Of a stretch of DNA of 64,000 nucleotides, positions 1 through 12,604 are shown in pieces; the stretch's first letter is position 1, and each line of letters opens with the position of its first letter. A model generated the notes under the pieces. The model was given only the letters and a program-made list of their open reading frames with translations, did not search any database and was not told the origin of the DNA. The DNA lies in the NCBI RefSeq assembly GCF_006345805.1, contig NC_043001.1:29884001-29948000 (forward strand), read 5' to 3'. Both the position numbers and the translations under genes were made by a program. The stretch comes from Octopus sinensis (lineage: Eukaryota).

Positions 1-1093
1 AGGCGAGTCGATAGTTCTGGATCTAACATTCATAGGTAAGGCCTTCAGGTTGGTTGAGATTTACGCGCCTGGCACGACAGGCAAATGGAATGAGTTCTAT
101 CAACGCCTTGAGACCTTTCTGGTGACGTCAAAACACTAGTTTTGCTAGGAGACTTTAACGCTATTTTGGATGGACGCCAGGACAGCGTAGGCTCGAACGA
201 TAGGAAATGTAACTCACACCTCATCGATCTGCTGAAGCGGTCTAGGCTGGCAGATCGATACAGACTTGATAATCCGAGCGTTCTAATGTGAACTAATACC
301 GATGAATCTTATATAGACAGGATAATAATTAACGCTAGAGATAAGTCTAGTTTTAGCTGTTCACAGTTCACCTGTGTAGTCTACACGGATCACAAATTAG
401 TGACGTGCAGGATGCATATAGATAAAGTCCATAGACAGGGATCTGGCTATTGGAAGTTGAACAAGTCCCTTTTGGATTACGAAACTTATCGTAGCCAGAT
501 TAAGATGTTAGTAATGAGGGCACTAACCGGCACCGTGTTAAATAACCGGTGGTGGTGTGCCCTCAAAAGAGCCATTATACTTGAGTCTATTAGATTTAGC
601 AAGCAGTTAAGTCTAGAATAGACTAGAGTAGAAAGGGATCTAGTTAAGGCGTTAGAAGAGACGCTGAGAATAGGCTCTGCACCCCAAGTTTTGGCGGCGA
701 GATCGGTCTTGGACCAACACCTCAATGCCAAACACGAAGGATGCAGAGTTCGAGCTAAAGTACGTGCACTGGGTCGCGAGGGTATCAACGTTGCTGGGTG
801 GGCTCACTCGGTAGAAACCCAACGTGGCATAGATGCTACGATAAGGACTGTGGTAAACGAACATGGACAGAAGATCCAAGGACAGGAAGAGATGTGCAAG
901 ACCTTTCACTAGCACTTTGCTGCGTTGTTCGGGAGGAGCGGGACGCTGGACCATTGGGATGTCCTACGGGATTTCCTGGCCCGTGGCCTGCGTCTCTCGG
1001 CACATGACGCTGAGCGCTGTGAAGGGCCGATCACAGCTGAGGAAGTCATAGAGGTGCTTTCTGAGTGCCCAGGGGACAAGTCGCCGGGATTGT
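1..1093 (+). mobile_element. L1/Tx1-clade LINE ORF2 fragment (APE endonuclease to start of RT), decayed
   Basis: Manual translation gives LVLLGDFNAILD, YIDRIII, TDHKLV, GSGYWKLNKSLL and ITAEEVIEVLSECPGDKSPG, with stops and frameshifts. Confidence 0.85.
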
Positions 1094-2736
1094 CTGCTCC
1101 TCTTTCCACAATTGACACATGGATCAAGCGGAGACCTGTTCTCCTGGGGGGAGCAATGCCGGCAGCGAAGCTACTACTGCGGAGTTTTATAGAGGGTTTC
1201 CACTGCTTCGCATTTCCACTTCTCGGTTTAATGTTCGATTTATCATCTCGATTTATTCAAATTTATCACGGTTGTAACCCCAGCCTGTGTAAGACAGTCC
1301 TTGTTTTGTCCCCGCCCCAATTCTGAATAAAGAAATTCAGAAGCAAGACAGTTGCGGCATAACCCACGTCTTTCTATCTCATCTTTTGAAAATCAGTGTA
1401 AACTGTGAAACCCAGGGCGTTTTCAACTTCTATTTCTTCTTTATTTCCACCAAAATATCTGAATCCAGGCTGACTTGGGGTGATCAACAACGACAACAAC
1501 TAGTGCATTTGTAATCAACTGGAGAAAAAGAAATGCCAAGTTATTACATAGACAATCTGGAATTCGAGTCATAAAGCAATGTAACTAAAAGTTGCAACTG
1601 CACTCTCCGCACTCTGTTATTTATTTCTCTCCACTGCCCAAAGTCAAATATTACTTTCTTAGGCGCAAGATGAACAAGTTTGTTGGAGACTTGAAAAGAC
1701 TGATATTTGTGTTTAAATTTCCAAAGTCACTGCCTAAACGATATATGCGCAACATAAATTCAGGTATTTTATTTTATGAGAAAAAATACTTTTGTTAAGA
1801 TATTCCTCCCATTTTATTTTGAATTTATTCATGACTTCTTTTATTCTTTTCTTTTGTTGTTATCAAATTGGAATGAGGTGGAGGTAACTAAATATCTTTC
1901 CTTTAGAAATTCATACGAACGAAAAAGTTGCCAGACCAGATTCTACCAGAGAATTTGAATTTATTTTTAGAAATTATTTGACTTGAAAAGTATGTTCTAT
2001 AAAAAGAAATACATTCACAAAATAAATATCTCAGCATTTTATGAAAGTTTAGAACTGAAACATTACATTTCTCTTATTTATTTTTAAATGATTTGTTGTC
2101 AAAAATGGAGGAACGTTGGCCGCCCTTACAGCATTTTCTTTTATTCATTGATTAATTTCAGTCATTAGACAGCAGCCAAGATAGAACACCACCTTCAGTG
2201 GTTGTCGTTTACATCGAGTCTTGTGATATTTTATTTACCTGGGAAGGAGATAAAATAAAACGGCCTGAGCAGAATATAATTGTATATGACCTAATAACAC
2301 AAAGTAGCTTGTTTGACGATTTACTGATACTTATCGAACTTCTTGATTTGTGGCATTAATTTCCCGAGAATTTATGTACTGACAGCATTTGTTAAAACAC
2401 AATGGACCTTTTAGATTCAAACAGAAGCTATAATTGGGAAATCTATTTTTTTACACGATACCAATAACTGAGTAAGCGACAAGATTACAAGTCCTGATTT
2501 AGAATATATCCCTTTTTTTATTGCCGCTATTAACGACCACGATTGACCTATGCCTATAAAATTTAAACCCGCGAGGACGTATTGGCGAGTGTAATTTCGT
2601 TTGACTACACTTTTAGAAGACGCAAAAGCGGGTGGACACTCGAGTTTGTGTTTATAGCTGAAATAATGATGTTTCTGCTACTTAGGTTGCAATAAACTCA
2701 AAACCACGTGGCCGCCTGTTTTTGCATCTTCCAGCG

Positions 2737-2925
2737 CAGCGTTTTTCAAACTTTTTTGTCGCAACCCTAATTATTTATCTCGCGACCCACTGAAGGGTCG
2801 GGACTCACAATTTGAAAAAACACTGGAATATATTCTGCACTTTGCACCACTTGCGTTCTCTTTTAGTTCCTTCTTTTGTTTCGCGACCCACTAAAGGGTC
2901 GGGACACACAGTTTGTAAAACCCTG
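2737..2925. mobile_element. Small hAT-like MITE (2737-2825) plus partial second copy (2881-2925)
   Basis: Inverted termini CAGCGTTTTTCAAA...TTTGAAAAAACACTG; shared internal GCGACCCAC..GGGTCG motif; no clear TSD. Confidence 0.55.
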
Positions 2926-3439
2926 TTCTTGGGATGTAGTCAAACAAAATCGCGTACGATAAAGCATATTCGACGGTTCAGAGGGTAAAACGAAATTTGC
3001 ATTTGTCTATATTCAGAAGCTATATTAAAATTCATTTCCGATCCTGTACGTTTAACTTCAAGTTTAAGCTGGGTAAATACCGCTTCTCATTACTCCAGAG
3101 TCAATAAAATAATACCAAAGCTATTCTGGAGTTTAACATTACCAGTTCCATACTTTGTAAGGCGTAGCAACAGTCAGTTAAAAAAACTAACATGTAAATA
3201 TGGTTTAAAAATTGAAACACATCTGCCTGATATTCAATAGTTTAATAGACCTTTTTTTTGTTTGGTGGGGAGGGGATCACTTGTGTGTGTGTGTGTTTGA
3301 GAAGGACCGCCAGAAATCCATAAGGGTCGGCAGCTGAGGTTGTGTCAACCTCATCTATGGCCAGTGTTACACCTTCAATGTTTATGTACTCAATTTTGCC
3401 TCTTTCTTTACAGGTAAAGTAGCAAATAATTCTGCTGGT

Positions 3440-3560
3440 TTGTTTACTTACCTGTGTCCCAGAGGTGTAGTGAACACATTTTCAAACTGTTCGTTCAGTA
3501 TTTCACTTATCCTCATGGGGTTTCCTGTGAGGGAGCCATCTGTTTGGGAGAGGGATCCTA
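3440..3560 (-). mobile_element. CR1-like LINE fragment
   Basis: Reverse strand reads GSLSQTDGSLTGNPMRISEILNEQFENVFT, typical of the CR1/L2 linker before the RT. Confidence 0.6.
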
Positions 3561-3679
3561 TCTTGTGGTATATGGCAAACTTAAAGAGGGGGTATCAATG
3601 AAGTGAGAAGGTGGATAGGAGTGAAGAGATGAAGAAGGTGTCAGATGAAAAGAGGGGGGAGTCAGATGAAGAGAGGAGG

Positions 3680-4620
3680 GGAATTGAGCCCATGTGGAGC
3701 AAAGAAGCGAAGAGAGAAGATTAATTCTTGTTCAAGGCGAAGCCAGGAGTCCGGATGGCCCCTGTACAAAGACAATCCGAACACAGTCAGGTATTGTGGT
3801 GAATAACCGGTAGAGCGTAAATGGCGTGAGACCGGGATGTCATTGCTGAGTCATCCAAGTGGCATCCCGTTTGACCGATGTACAGAGGACGACAGAATAT
3901 GCAGAGATGCAGTAAATGACGTTGCTAAAAGTGCAGGTAAAGTAGCCCGTGATATGATAGGGATGATGATGAGTGCCTGTGAGGCTGGTGGTGTTGGACA
4001 GATAAGGGCAAGTGCAGCAGCGTGGGCGGGAGCAAGGGAACGAGCCGGGTTGGGAGGTAGGATTAGGGAAGAAACTGTAGACCAGGAGGTCACGCAGTTT
4101 GTGAGCCCGTTTGAAGGAGGGAAAGAATAGGTTTGGGAAGATGTGCGAGGATGGTTCGGACTGGAGTTGCCGGAAGGCTCGGAGAATGGTGCGCTGGAGA
4201 GACAGGATGGAGGGGTAGTAGGTGAGAGAAAACGGGAGACGGACACGGTGGGGCGGGTGCGGATGGAGAAAGGAGAGGCATGGTCCACAGAACGTGCTCT
4301 GGCAAGGGCTGTGTGGATAGTGGTGAGAGGATCTCCACGAAGGATGAGGTGGCAAGTCATGAGTTGACACTGAGTCTCAAAGTCATGGTTGTCACTGCAG
4401 AGCCTGCGCAGACGGAGAAATTGGGAGTAGGGGGATAGAGAGCATGGTGCGGGCAAGAGGATGAGAGAAGTTAAGGTAGGAGTGTGACTAGGTGTGTTTG
4501 TAGTGGATGGAGGTAGTGAGAGCGGAATGGTGCAGGTTGAGAGAAATATCGAAAAATGCATTGGAAGTATTGGAAATAGTGCAGGGGAATTCGGCTGCAG
4601 GATGTTGGGGCCCATTCTCA
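3680..4620 (-). mobile_element. Penelope-like element: RT C-terminus plus GIY-YIG endonuclease, frameshifted
   Basis: YSQFLRLRRLCS, FKRAHKLRDLLV, PCSRPRCCTC, FTCTFSNVIYCIS and C-terminal EQELIFSLRFFAPHGLN. Confidence 0.85.
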
Positions 4621-4624
4621 TTGT

Positions 4625-4684
4625 GTGTGTGTGTGTACATGCCTATATATATGTATATGTATTTATATATATATATATGAATGT

Positions 4685-4736
<52 letters not shown>

Positions 4737-4810
4737 GTTATATATATGTATATATATATATATATATATGTGTGTATATATGTATATGCATTTATATATG
4801 TACATGCATT

Positions 4811-4864
<54 letters not shown>

Positions 4865-5420
4865 TACATATATGTATGAATATATGTATATATATATGTG
4901 TGTGTATGTATATATTCGGTAAAAACTTATATAATTGTAACAATAAGGTTTTTTGCAACAAGTTGCTTAACCACATACCGAACATTTTAGAAATAGCAGC
5001 CAAAGAGCTACTGTTTCCTTTCACTACAAAACTATGTCTCCACAAACAACAATATTTGTTAAAAATATTGTTGTTTGTGGAGACATAGTTTTGTAGTGAA
5101 AGGAAATAGTAGCTCTTTGGCTGCTATTTCTAAAATGTTCGGTATGTGGTTAAGCAACTTGTTGCAAAAAACCTTATTGTTACAATTATATAAGTATGTA
5201 TATATATATATATATGTATATATATGCATATATATGCTTATGTATATATATATGTATACATATGTATATGCATATATATGTATATGTATTTATGTATATG
5301 AATACATATATGTGCATGTATTTATATATATATATATGTATGTATGTATGTATATGTATTTATATATATATGTATAGGTATTTATATATATGCATATGTA
5401 TTTATATATATATATGTATT

Positions 5421-5451
<31 letters not shown>

Positions 5452-5706
5452 GTAAATATATATGTATATGTATATATATATGTATGTGTATTTATGTATA
5501 TGTATATATACGCACATGTATTTATATATATATATGTATGTATATATATATGTATATGTATTTATATATGTATATCCATTTATATATATGTATATGTATT
5601 TATATATATATATATATGCATGTATATAAATGTATGTGCATTTATATATATGTATATGTATGTTTATATAAATATATATATATACATACATACATTCATT
5701 CATACA

Positions 5707-5738
<32 letters not shown>
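4625..5738. repeat. (TA)n/(TATG)n/(CATA)n microsatellite tracts flanking a long hairpin
   Basis: Seen directly; explains the YIYI-type ORFs. Confidence 0.95.
4925..5195. repeat. 271-bp near-perfect inverted repeat
   Basis: Arms of about 133 bp around a 5-nt loop GTTAA (5058-5062); one mismatch seen. Confidence 0.9.
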
Positions 5739-5739
<1 letters not shown>

Positions 5740-5944
5740 TCTTTTATTTTTTTACTTGTTTCACTCATTTCATTGCGGCCATGCTGGAACACCGCTTTTA
5801 GTCGAAGAAATTGACCCCAGGACTTATTCTTTGTAAGCCTACTAATTCTATCGGTCACTTTTATACATATATACACACGACATAAAACCACGCTCACACA
5901 ATACTGGTCTATGCATAATAGACTATTGCTGTGGATATTCTTTT

Positions 5945-6702
5945 CTACTCTAGGCACAAGGCCATAAATTTGGGGGGGGAGGGTCAGTCGATCAGATTGG
6001 CCCCAGTACGCAACTGGTACTTAATTTATCGACCCCGACAGGATGAAAGACGAAGTCGACCTCGGTGGAATTTGAACTCAGAACGTAGACAGACGAAATA
6101 CCTATTTCTTTGATACCCACAAGAAGCTAAACACAGAGAGGACAAACAAGGACAGACAAACGGATTAAGTTGATTATATCGACCCCAGTGCGTAAATGGT
6201 CCTTATTTAATCGACCCCGAAAGGATGAAAGGCAAAGTCGACCTCGGCGGAATTTGAACTCAGAACGTAGCGGCAGACAAAATACCAATTTTTTTACTGC
6301 CCACATGGGGCTATACACAAAGGGGACAAACAAGGACAAACTAAGGGATTAAGTCGATAACATCGACCCCAGTGCGTAACTGGTACTTAATTTATCGACC
6401 CCGAAAGGATGAAAGGCAAAGTCGACCTCGGCGGAATTTGAACTCAGAACGTAGCGGCAGACGAAATACCAATTTTTTTACTGCCCACAAGGGGCTATAC
6501 ACAAAGGGGACAAACAAGGACAGACTATGGGATTAAGTCGATTACATCGACCCCAGTGCGTAACTGGTACTTAATTTATCGACCCCGAAAGGATGAAAGG
6601 CAAAGTCGACCTCGGCAGAATTTGAACTCAGAACGTAGCGGCAGACGAAATACCGCTAGGCATTTCGCCCGGCGTGCAAATGTTTCTGCCAGCTCGCCGC
6701 CT
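5945..6702 (-). mobile_element. tRNA-derived SINE family A, 4-unit head-to-tail multimer
   Basis: Four TCGACCCCGAAAGGATGAAAGG-type cores at about 184-bp spacing; a single tRNA-like head at 6655-6702. Confidence 0.9.
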
Positions 6703-6982
6703 TATTGCAGTGCATATTACCATGTTTGATAGATATCCAGATTAAGCGGGCTGTCTATATTGCCCTAACCTATAATTCTATATGTAACACATAGTGTTGA
6801 GTTACTGCTTTCAAGCGCCTTTTCAAAATTTCATTTCATAGTAAATATATCGTTTATAAATTTATGTTGCTTGATCCCTAATGTAAAACCGTGTGCAGGA
6901 ACAGACATTGCCATATTTCGGGGGGGGGGGGCAGTTTTTATTTTTATAATTTTTTTTTTTTGCCAAATAAGCACACGCACTA

Positions 6983-7555
6983 TATTGGGTTGTCCGGAAA
7001 GTTCCTGCCGATATTTAAAGGAAAGGAAAAAGGTCAATAAATACTTGCCATTACATTTTTAATCAACCAAATATGAACCATTTTGTTGCACAATGCATCT
7101 CCATCTTTCCTTTAACTTGAAAATACCCTCTTCCCATAATTGAGGTGCTTTCATGGCAAAGAATTCATCGAGGTTTCTTTTTTACGTCATCCAAGGAATT
7201 GAAATTTTTACCATTAAGACTATTCTGCAGAGACCTGAATAAGTGGAAATCCGAAGGAGCAATATCTGGTGAATATGGTGGGTGGGGTAACACATCCCAG
7301 TCGAGCTGCACCAATTTTTGCCTGGTTCCCAAATCATCAAGTGCCGAAAATGAACTTTCTTATCTTCCATTTTAAAGGGTTACAGAATTAACACAGGTTA
7401 TAGGAACATAAACCTTCTTCCACGAAAATATAGCTTAAACTGTGCTCTAAATGGAGGTGTAGTCAAATCCTATCTTATGGACTCAACCATGTTCTAAAAT
7501 AAGTCGAAAGGTAAGCTACAATAAATCGGCACGAACTTTCCAGACAACCCAATAT
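6983..7555 (-). mobile_element. Mariner transposase 3' fragment with one TIR
   Basis: Reverse strand WDVLPHPPYSPDIAPSDFHLFRSLQNSLNG; TIR-like TTGGGTTGTCCGGAAAGTT next to TA. Confidence 0.85.
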
Positions 7556-7567
7556 AATCGTTCATCA

Positions 7568-8145
7568 CTCGTTTATTACTATTTTTATTTTATCTTATGT
7601 CCATTGACCGGAAATCTTTCGTCACATATTTGTGACCTATTCAGTGACCCTTTCCGTCCACGAGTATCCTCCTGCTTTGCTTAGTCCATTCTGTCTTTCT
7701 CTGAGGTGTGTCCTTATCTGCACATGCGTTTACGTCTGTATCTGTGTGTGTGCACACGCGCATGTGCGTACGCGTGACTATGTGTGCTTATGTGCGCAAA
7801 TGGACTTGCCCACTATATAAAGGGTACGGATATAAACAGTGTAGTGCGCAAGCCCATATACACACATAAGCACACATGCGAAACACAGTCACGCGTACGC
7901 ACACGCAAGTACACACATACACACGCACAAGCACACATGCACACATACATGCACACACACACAGATACAGATGCAAACGCATGTGCAGATAAGGATACAC
8001 ATCATAGAAGGACGGAACAGACTAAGTGGAGCAGGAGGATACACGTGGAGGGAAAGGGTCGCTGAAGAAGTCACAGGTGTGTGACGAAAGATTTCCTGAC
8101 AATGGATATAAGATAAAATAAGAAGAGTAATAAATGAGTGAAGAC
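7568..8145. repeat. Imperfect inverted pair of Penelope-type terminal repeats, each with a hammerhead motif
   Basis: The left arm CACTCGTTTATTAC...CTTTCGTCACA mirrors the right arm TGTGACGAAAG...GTAATAAATGAGTG. Confidence 0.75.
8057..8100 (+). ncRNA. Minimal type I hammerhead ribozyme motif
   Basis: GUCG-CUGAAGA-A-GUCAC(AGGUGU)GUGAC-GAAA-GAUUUC-CUGAC. Confidence 0.7.
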
Positions 8146-8699
8146 CATCCCGAAATATAACTATATTAAACGAGCAACCCCCCCCCCCCCCCAGCGTCCA
8201 ATGGACGGTGCTGAGTTGTCAAACATTTAAACCAAATTTTCTCAAAACAACTAGGCCTCCCCTTTGAGAAACACTGATTTAACCTAAATTTGAGACACCA
8301 GCAAAAGAAGAAATATAGACTTTTTTCTATTCCAAAGAAAAACGATTTTATTCACACAAATATGCAACTGAAGAGTTTAAAGTACCAGTAATGATAAGGC
8401 TGTTGATGAGGAGAACACAAACATGGTTTAAACAAGTAAGCTTGGCAGGAAAGAAACGTGCCTTTAAGCTGTACAAAAACAACAAAAAATGGAAGGTGCA
8501 GTTATGTACAGGTTGACGGAAGAAAAGCAGGACAGAAACGATGCGTGCAAATGGGTTAGCTGGAGGTAAATCTAGATGGGATAGCATGATGAATTTATGA
8601 GAATGTACCTGGGACAATAATAAGTTTATCCGAAAAAACATATAGGAAATCAGCTTGGGATGATTTTTGATGAAAAGCAACAACCTAGGGAACTAAGTA

Positions 8700-8852
8700 A
8701 CTAATTTTAAGCTAACTTACTTTACGGGATGTTGAAGGGCATGGAAAAGCTAGTGGTAACAGCTGATGTACTTGCGCGTACAAATGCAATCGGATGGAGG
8801 ATGCCCGAGATCCTAGAAGACACACACGCACACACAGACAGAACGGATTTTA
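8700..8852 (-). mobile_element. Helitron-like non-autonomous 5' fragment
   Basis: Reverse strand begins ATCTATTATATAAAATCCGTTCTGTCTGTGTG, resembling the starts of the elements at 32330 and 52803. Confidence 0.45.
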
Positions 8853-9404
8853 TATAATAGATATATCGTTAAACGATAAAAGCGTAATCTAAAATACATT
8901 TTGTTTTTTATTATTGTGTAACTCCGTAATAAAAGTGACTGAGAAGAAACTTTATGGCCTGAATATCATCTCCTCCGAAAAATGTTAGTGGAAATGTTTG
9001 CTTTTCTCTCTATTAAGATAAAATGAATTTTGCATCTTTCTTCGCCACGGTATTTGGCAATTTGGCAAAATGGTTTTAAAGAGATAAAAAACCATTTTGA
9101 AATTATTAAACATGACAATTTCCACCTCTATTCAGTTCTTACAACGGTCGTCCTACGAGTGATATCGGCCGAATACCATTTAATAATACTAGCGCCTCAA
9201 TTTTAATATTCATTCTGGTGGGAAAATGTGCGTACTATAGATGGAGTTAATGGAGTTTTACATAAAGCCACTTGTGTGTGTGTGTGCTTGTGTGTGTGTG
9301 TGTGTGTGTGTTATTTTCTTTTTTTTTTTTGTTGTTGTTTTTCGTTTGTATGAAGTTACACAAAGTTGCTTTGGTACCGACCAAGTTCATTGACCCTATC
9401 CTCG

Positions 9405-9790
9405 CTCCTACAAAAATGTAGCTATGCGCCTATGCTTCGGGTTCAGTCCCACTGGGCAGCACCTTCGACAAGTGTCTTTGCTGAAGCCCCCGGACCGACC
9501 AATACTTTCTGAGTGAATTTGGTTGACGGCAACTTTGTAGAAGCATGTAGTGGTGTGTGTGTGTGTGTGTGTGTGTGTTACCACACACACACACACCACT
9601 TGACAACCGTTGTTGTGTTATTCCTGTCCCTATAACTTAGTGGTTCAACATAAGTAACTGTTAGAATAATTACCAGACTTAAAAGCAAAACATAAATATC
9701 TAGGTCGGTTTGTTCGATTTTCGATTAAAAACCGTTATGGCCGTGCACCAGTATGGCCGCAATCCGATATCTGAAGCAAGTAAAAGATTT
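9405..9790 (+). mobile_element. SINE family B, degenerate
   Basis: GGGTTCAGTCCCACTG B-box region, internal (TG)n and CCAGTATGGCCGC tail. Confidence 0.7.
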
Positions 9791-10146
9791 TTAAAAAATA
9801 CAATTAGAATTGCATAGTTGAAAAAAAGAAAACAAAATTTGGTTACCAAACTAATTCACCATTCCTTCAAACACTATAATTATACAAATAGACTTGTAAA
9901 AATAACTTTTTATCTTATAAGCTTCTCTTACGAAGATATTTCCTCTTTATTTATTGGTTTAACATTTTACTCACTTTAGAAAATATCCTCGCATTCATTT
10001 TTAATTATTTATTTTACAGCTGTTCATTTACGCATTCATATTTTTGTTGAACTGCAAACATGGAAAAACTCTCCCGTTTCTTCCTACACGAATTCTTAGT
10101 TATATCACCGTTTATTCATCATAAGTTCGCGGATTTCTTATATTTA

Positions 10147-10669
10147 CTGTAAATCCTCGAGTATAATCCGCATTTTTTCCCCAAAATTTAAAGGTCAAAA
10201 TCCCTAGTGCGTACTATATACGAGGTTAAAAATGAATAATATTTTCTAAGCAATGTCCGAGTCTCTATTTGCTGTCCGGCAATGTTTATTCGGACGCATT
10301 TTGTGATGTCGGGTGCGAAAATACCTTAAGCTAAGCCTGAAAGCAATGAAGTTATAAAAGAATCATCCATAACTTTCAGTAAGCAACATTTATTAAAATA
10401 AAAGTATTCAGAACACAGAATAACATGTAACAAAAACAATTTGCAAACATATTTACATTCCCATATAACAGTTAAGAACATCACCGTTATTGTATTACGC
10501 ATGCGTGGAAGTGTCTGTTCGACTAGGTGCTGCTGGCTTAATTGCACACGACTCAAGTTAGAGAAGTGGTGCGTATTATACACAAGGTTTAGGTTTTTCA
10601 GACGTACACCCCCCCTAAAAATCCCCTGCGTATTATACTTATGGGCGGACTATACTCGAGGATTTACGG
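10147..10669. mobile_element. pogo/Tigger-like MITE
   Basis: TIR C(C/T)GTAAATCCTCGAGTATA at both ends, flanked by TA. Confidence 0.9.
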
Positions 10670-10813
10670 TACTCATTCTATTATCCATCTCCCTAGCCCT
10701 TTTCGTTCAAATCTCTAAATCTTTAATCCCTACGAATTCTTCTACTTATATTTTCAAACCTTAATCCATTTATCTTGCGAATCATTCTTTTGTGCACTTA
10801 ATTAACTAATCTA

Positions 10814-10975
10814 TAGGCGTAGGAGTGGCTGTGTGGTAAGTAGCTTGCTTACGAACCATATGGTTCCGGGTTCAGTCCCACTGCTTGGCACCTTGGGCAA
10901 GTGTTTTCTACTATAGCCTCGGGCCGACCAAAGCCTTGTGAGTGGATTGGTAGACAGAAACTGAAAGAAGCCCGT

Positions 10976-11013
<38 letters not shown>

Positions 11014-11232
11014 TGTGTGTCTGTGGTTGTCCCCCCACCACCACCAACATCGCTTGACAACTGATGCTGGTGTGTTTACGTCCCTTGTAACTTAGCGGTT
11101 CGGCAAAAGAAACCGATAGAATAAGTACTAGGCTCACAAAGAATAAGTCCTGGGGTCGATTTGCTCGACTAAAGGCGGTGCTCCAGCATGGCCACAGTCA
11201 CGTGACTGAAACAAGCAAAAGAGTAAAAGAGT
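10814..11232 (+). mobile_element. tRNA-derived SINE family B, full length
   Basis: AGGAGTGGCTGTGTGGTAAG (A box), GGTTCAGTCCC (B box), internal (TA)n, tail GGTGCTCCAGCATGGCC...GACTGAAACAAG. Confidence 0.9.
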
Positions 11233-11594
11233 AATCTAAAATTATTTATTTATTTATCTATATTAATTTATTTATTAATCAGTTGCTTCGCAATTTTACT
11301 TTACTTTGTTCACGTATACTCTCTCGCATACCTATAAGCAGTTTCTTTATATCCAGTGGCTCCACTATTCATTCAGGTTATCATTTTCTCTACTATACAC
11401 ATTTCCACATGGCTATATTCGGTCAACATGCATGATAATTATCTCTACTATCACTGTTAAACTAACCAAAATTTCTTATGATGTATCACATTTTGAAAAT
11501 CTTTCCTACCATTTATTCTGCACCACTTTCCGCAACTCCCAGCCAACATAAATCCTGAAAATATTCCGCTCTTCTTTGACAAATTCTTATATCT

Positions 11595-12556
11595 TTATTG
11601 CCCACAAGGGGCTAATCATAGAGTGGACAAACAGGGACAGACAAAGGGATTAAGTCGATTATATCGATCGCAGTGCGTAGCTGGTACTTAATTTATCGAC
11701 CTCCAAAGGATGAAAGGTAAAGCTGACCTCGGCGGAATTTGAACTCAGAACGCAACGGCAGACAGAATACCTATTTCTTTACTACCCACAAGGACAAACA
11801 AGGACAAACACAGAGAGGACAAACGGATTAAGTCGATTACATCGATCCCGGTGCGTAACTGGTACTTATTTAATCGACCCCGAAAGGATGAAAGGCAAAG
11901 TCGACCTCGGCGGAATTTGAACTCAGAACGTAGCGACAGACGAAATACCTATTTCTTTACTACCCACAAGGGGCTAAACATAGAAGGGACAAAGAAAGAC
12001 AGACAAACGGATCTAGTCGATTATATCGACCCCAGTGCGTAGCTGGTACTTATTTAATCGACCCCGAAAGGATGAAAGGCAAAGTCGACCTCGGCGGAAT
12101 TAGAACTCAGAACGTAGCGACAGACGAAATACCTATTTCTTTACTACCCACAAGGGGCTAAACATAGAAGGGGCAAAGAAAGACAGACAAACGGATCTAG
12201 TCGATTATATCGACCCCAGTGCGTAGCTGGTACTTATTTAATCGACCCCGAAAGGATGAAAGGCAAAGTCGACCTCGGCGGAATTTGAACTCAGAACGTA
12301 ACGACAGACGAAATACCTATTTCCTATTTCTTTATTAGCCACAAGGGGCTAAACACAGAGGGAACAAACAAGGACAGACATAGGTATTAAGTCGATTACA
12401 TCAACCCCAGTTCGTAACTGGTACTTAATTTATCGACCCCGAAAGGATGAAAGGCAAAGTCGACCTTGGCGGAATTTGAACTCACAACGTAACGCAGACG
12501 AAATACCGCTAAGCATTTCGCCCGGCGTGCTAACGATTCTGCCACCTTGCCGCCTA
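11595..12556 (-). mobile_element. SINE family A, 5-unit multimer
   Basis: Five cores at about 180-bp spacing; one head at 12490-12556. Confidence 0.9.
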
Positions 12557-12604
12557 TTTCTTAGACTAATTCTGTTGCTTTATAACCGGTGTATCAAAAA
12601 TGGT

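Noticed and set aside
1420-1765. Possible exons: plus 1662-1763 (RKMNKFVGDL...) or minus segments ending ..DYKCTSCCRC*
   Set aside because: Plausible splice sites exist on both strands, but no protein is recognisable and no consistent multi-exon frame emerges.
2500-3000. CpG-retaining stretch with a CCACGTGG E-box as a possible promoter
   Set aside because: No linked exon; much of the CpG content comes from the MITE copies.
4488-5957. Long ORFs rich in Y/I/C/M/V/H (also 15930-16481, 35015-35756, 40069-40678, 55361-57696)
   Set aside because: Translations of (TA)n, (TG)n and (TACA)n microsatellites.
11595-12556. CRISPR-like or satellite array
   Set aside because: Units are SINE bodies without unique spacers, in a eukaryotic context.
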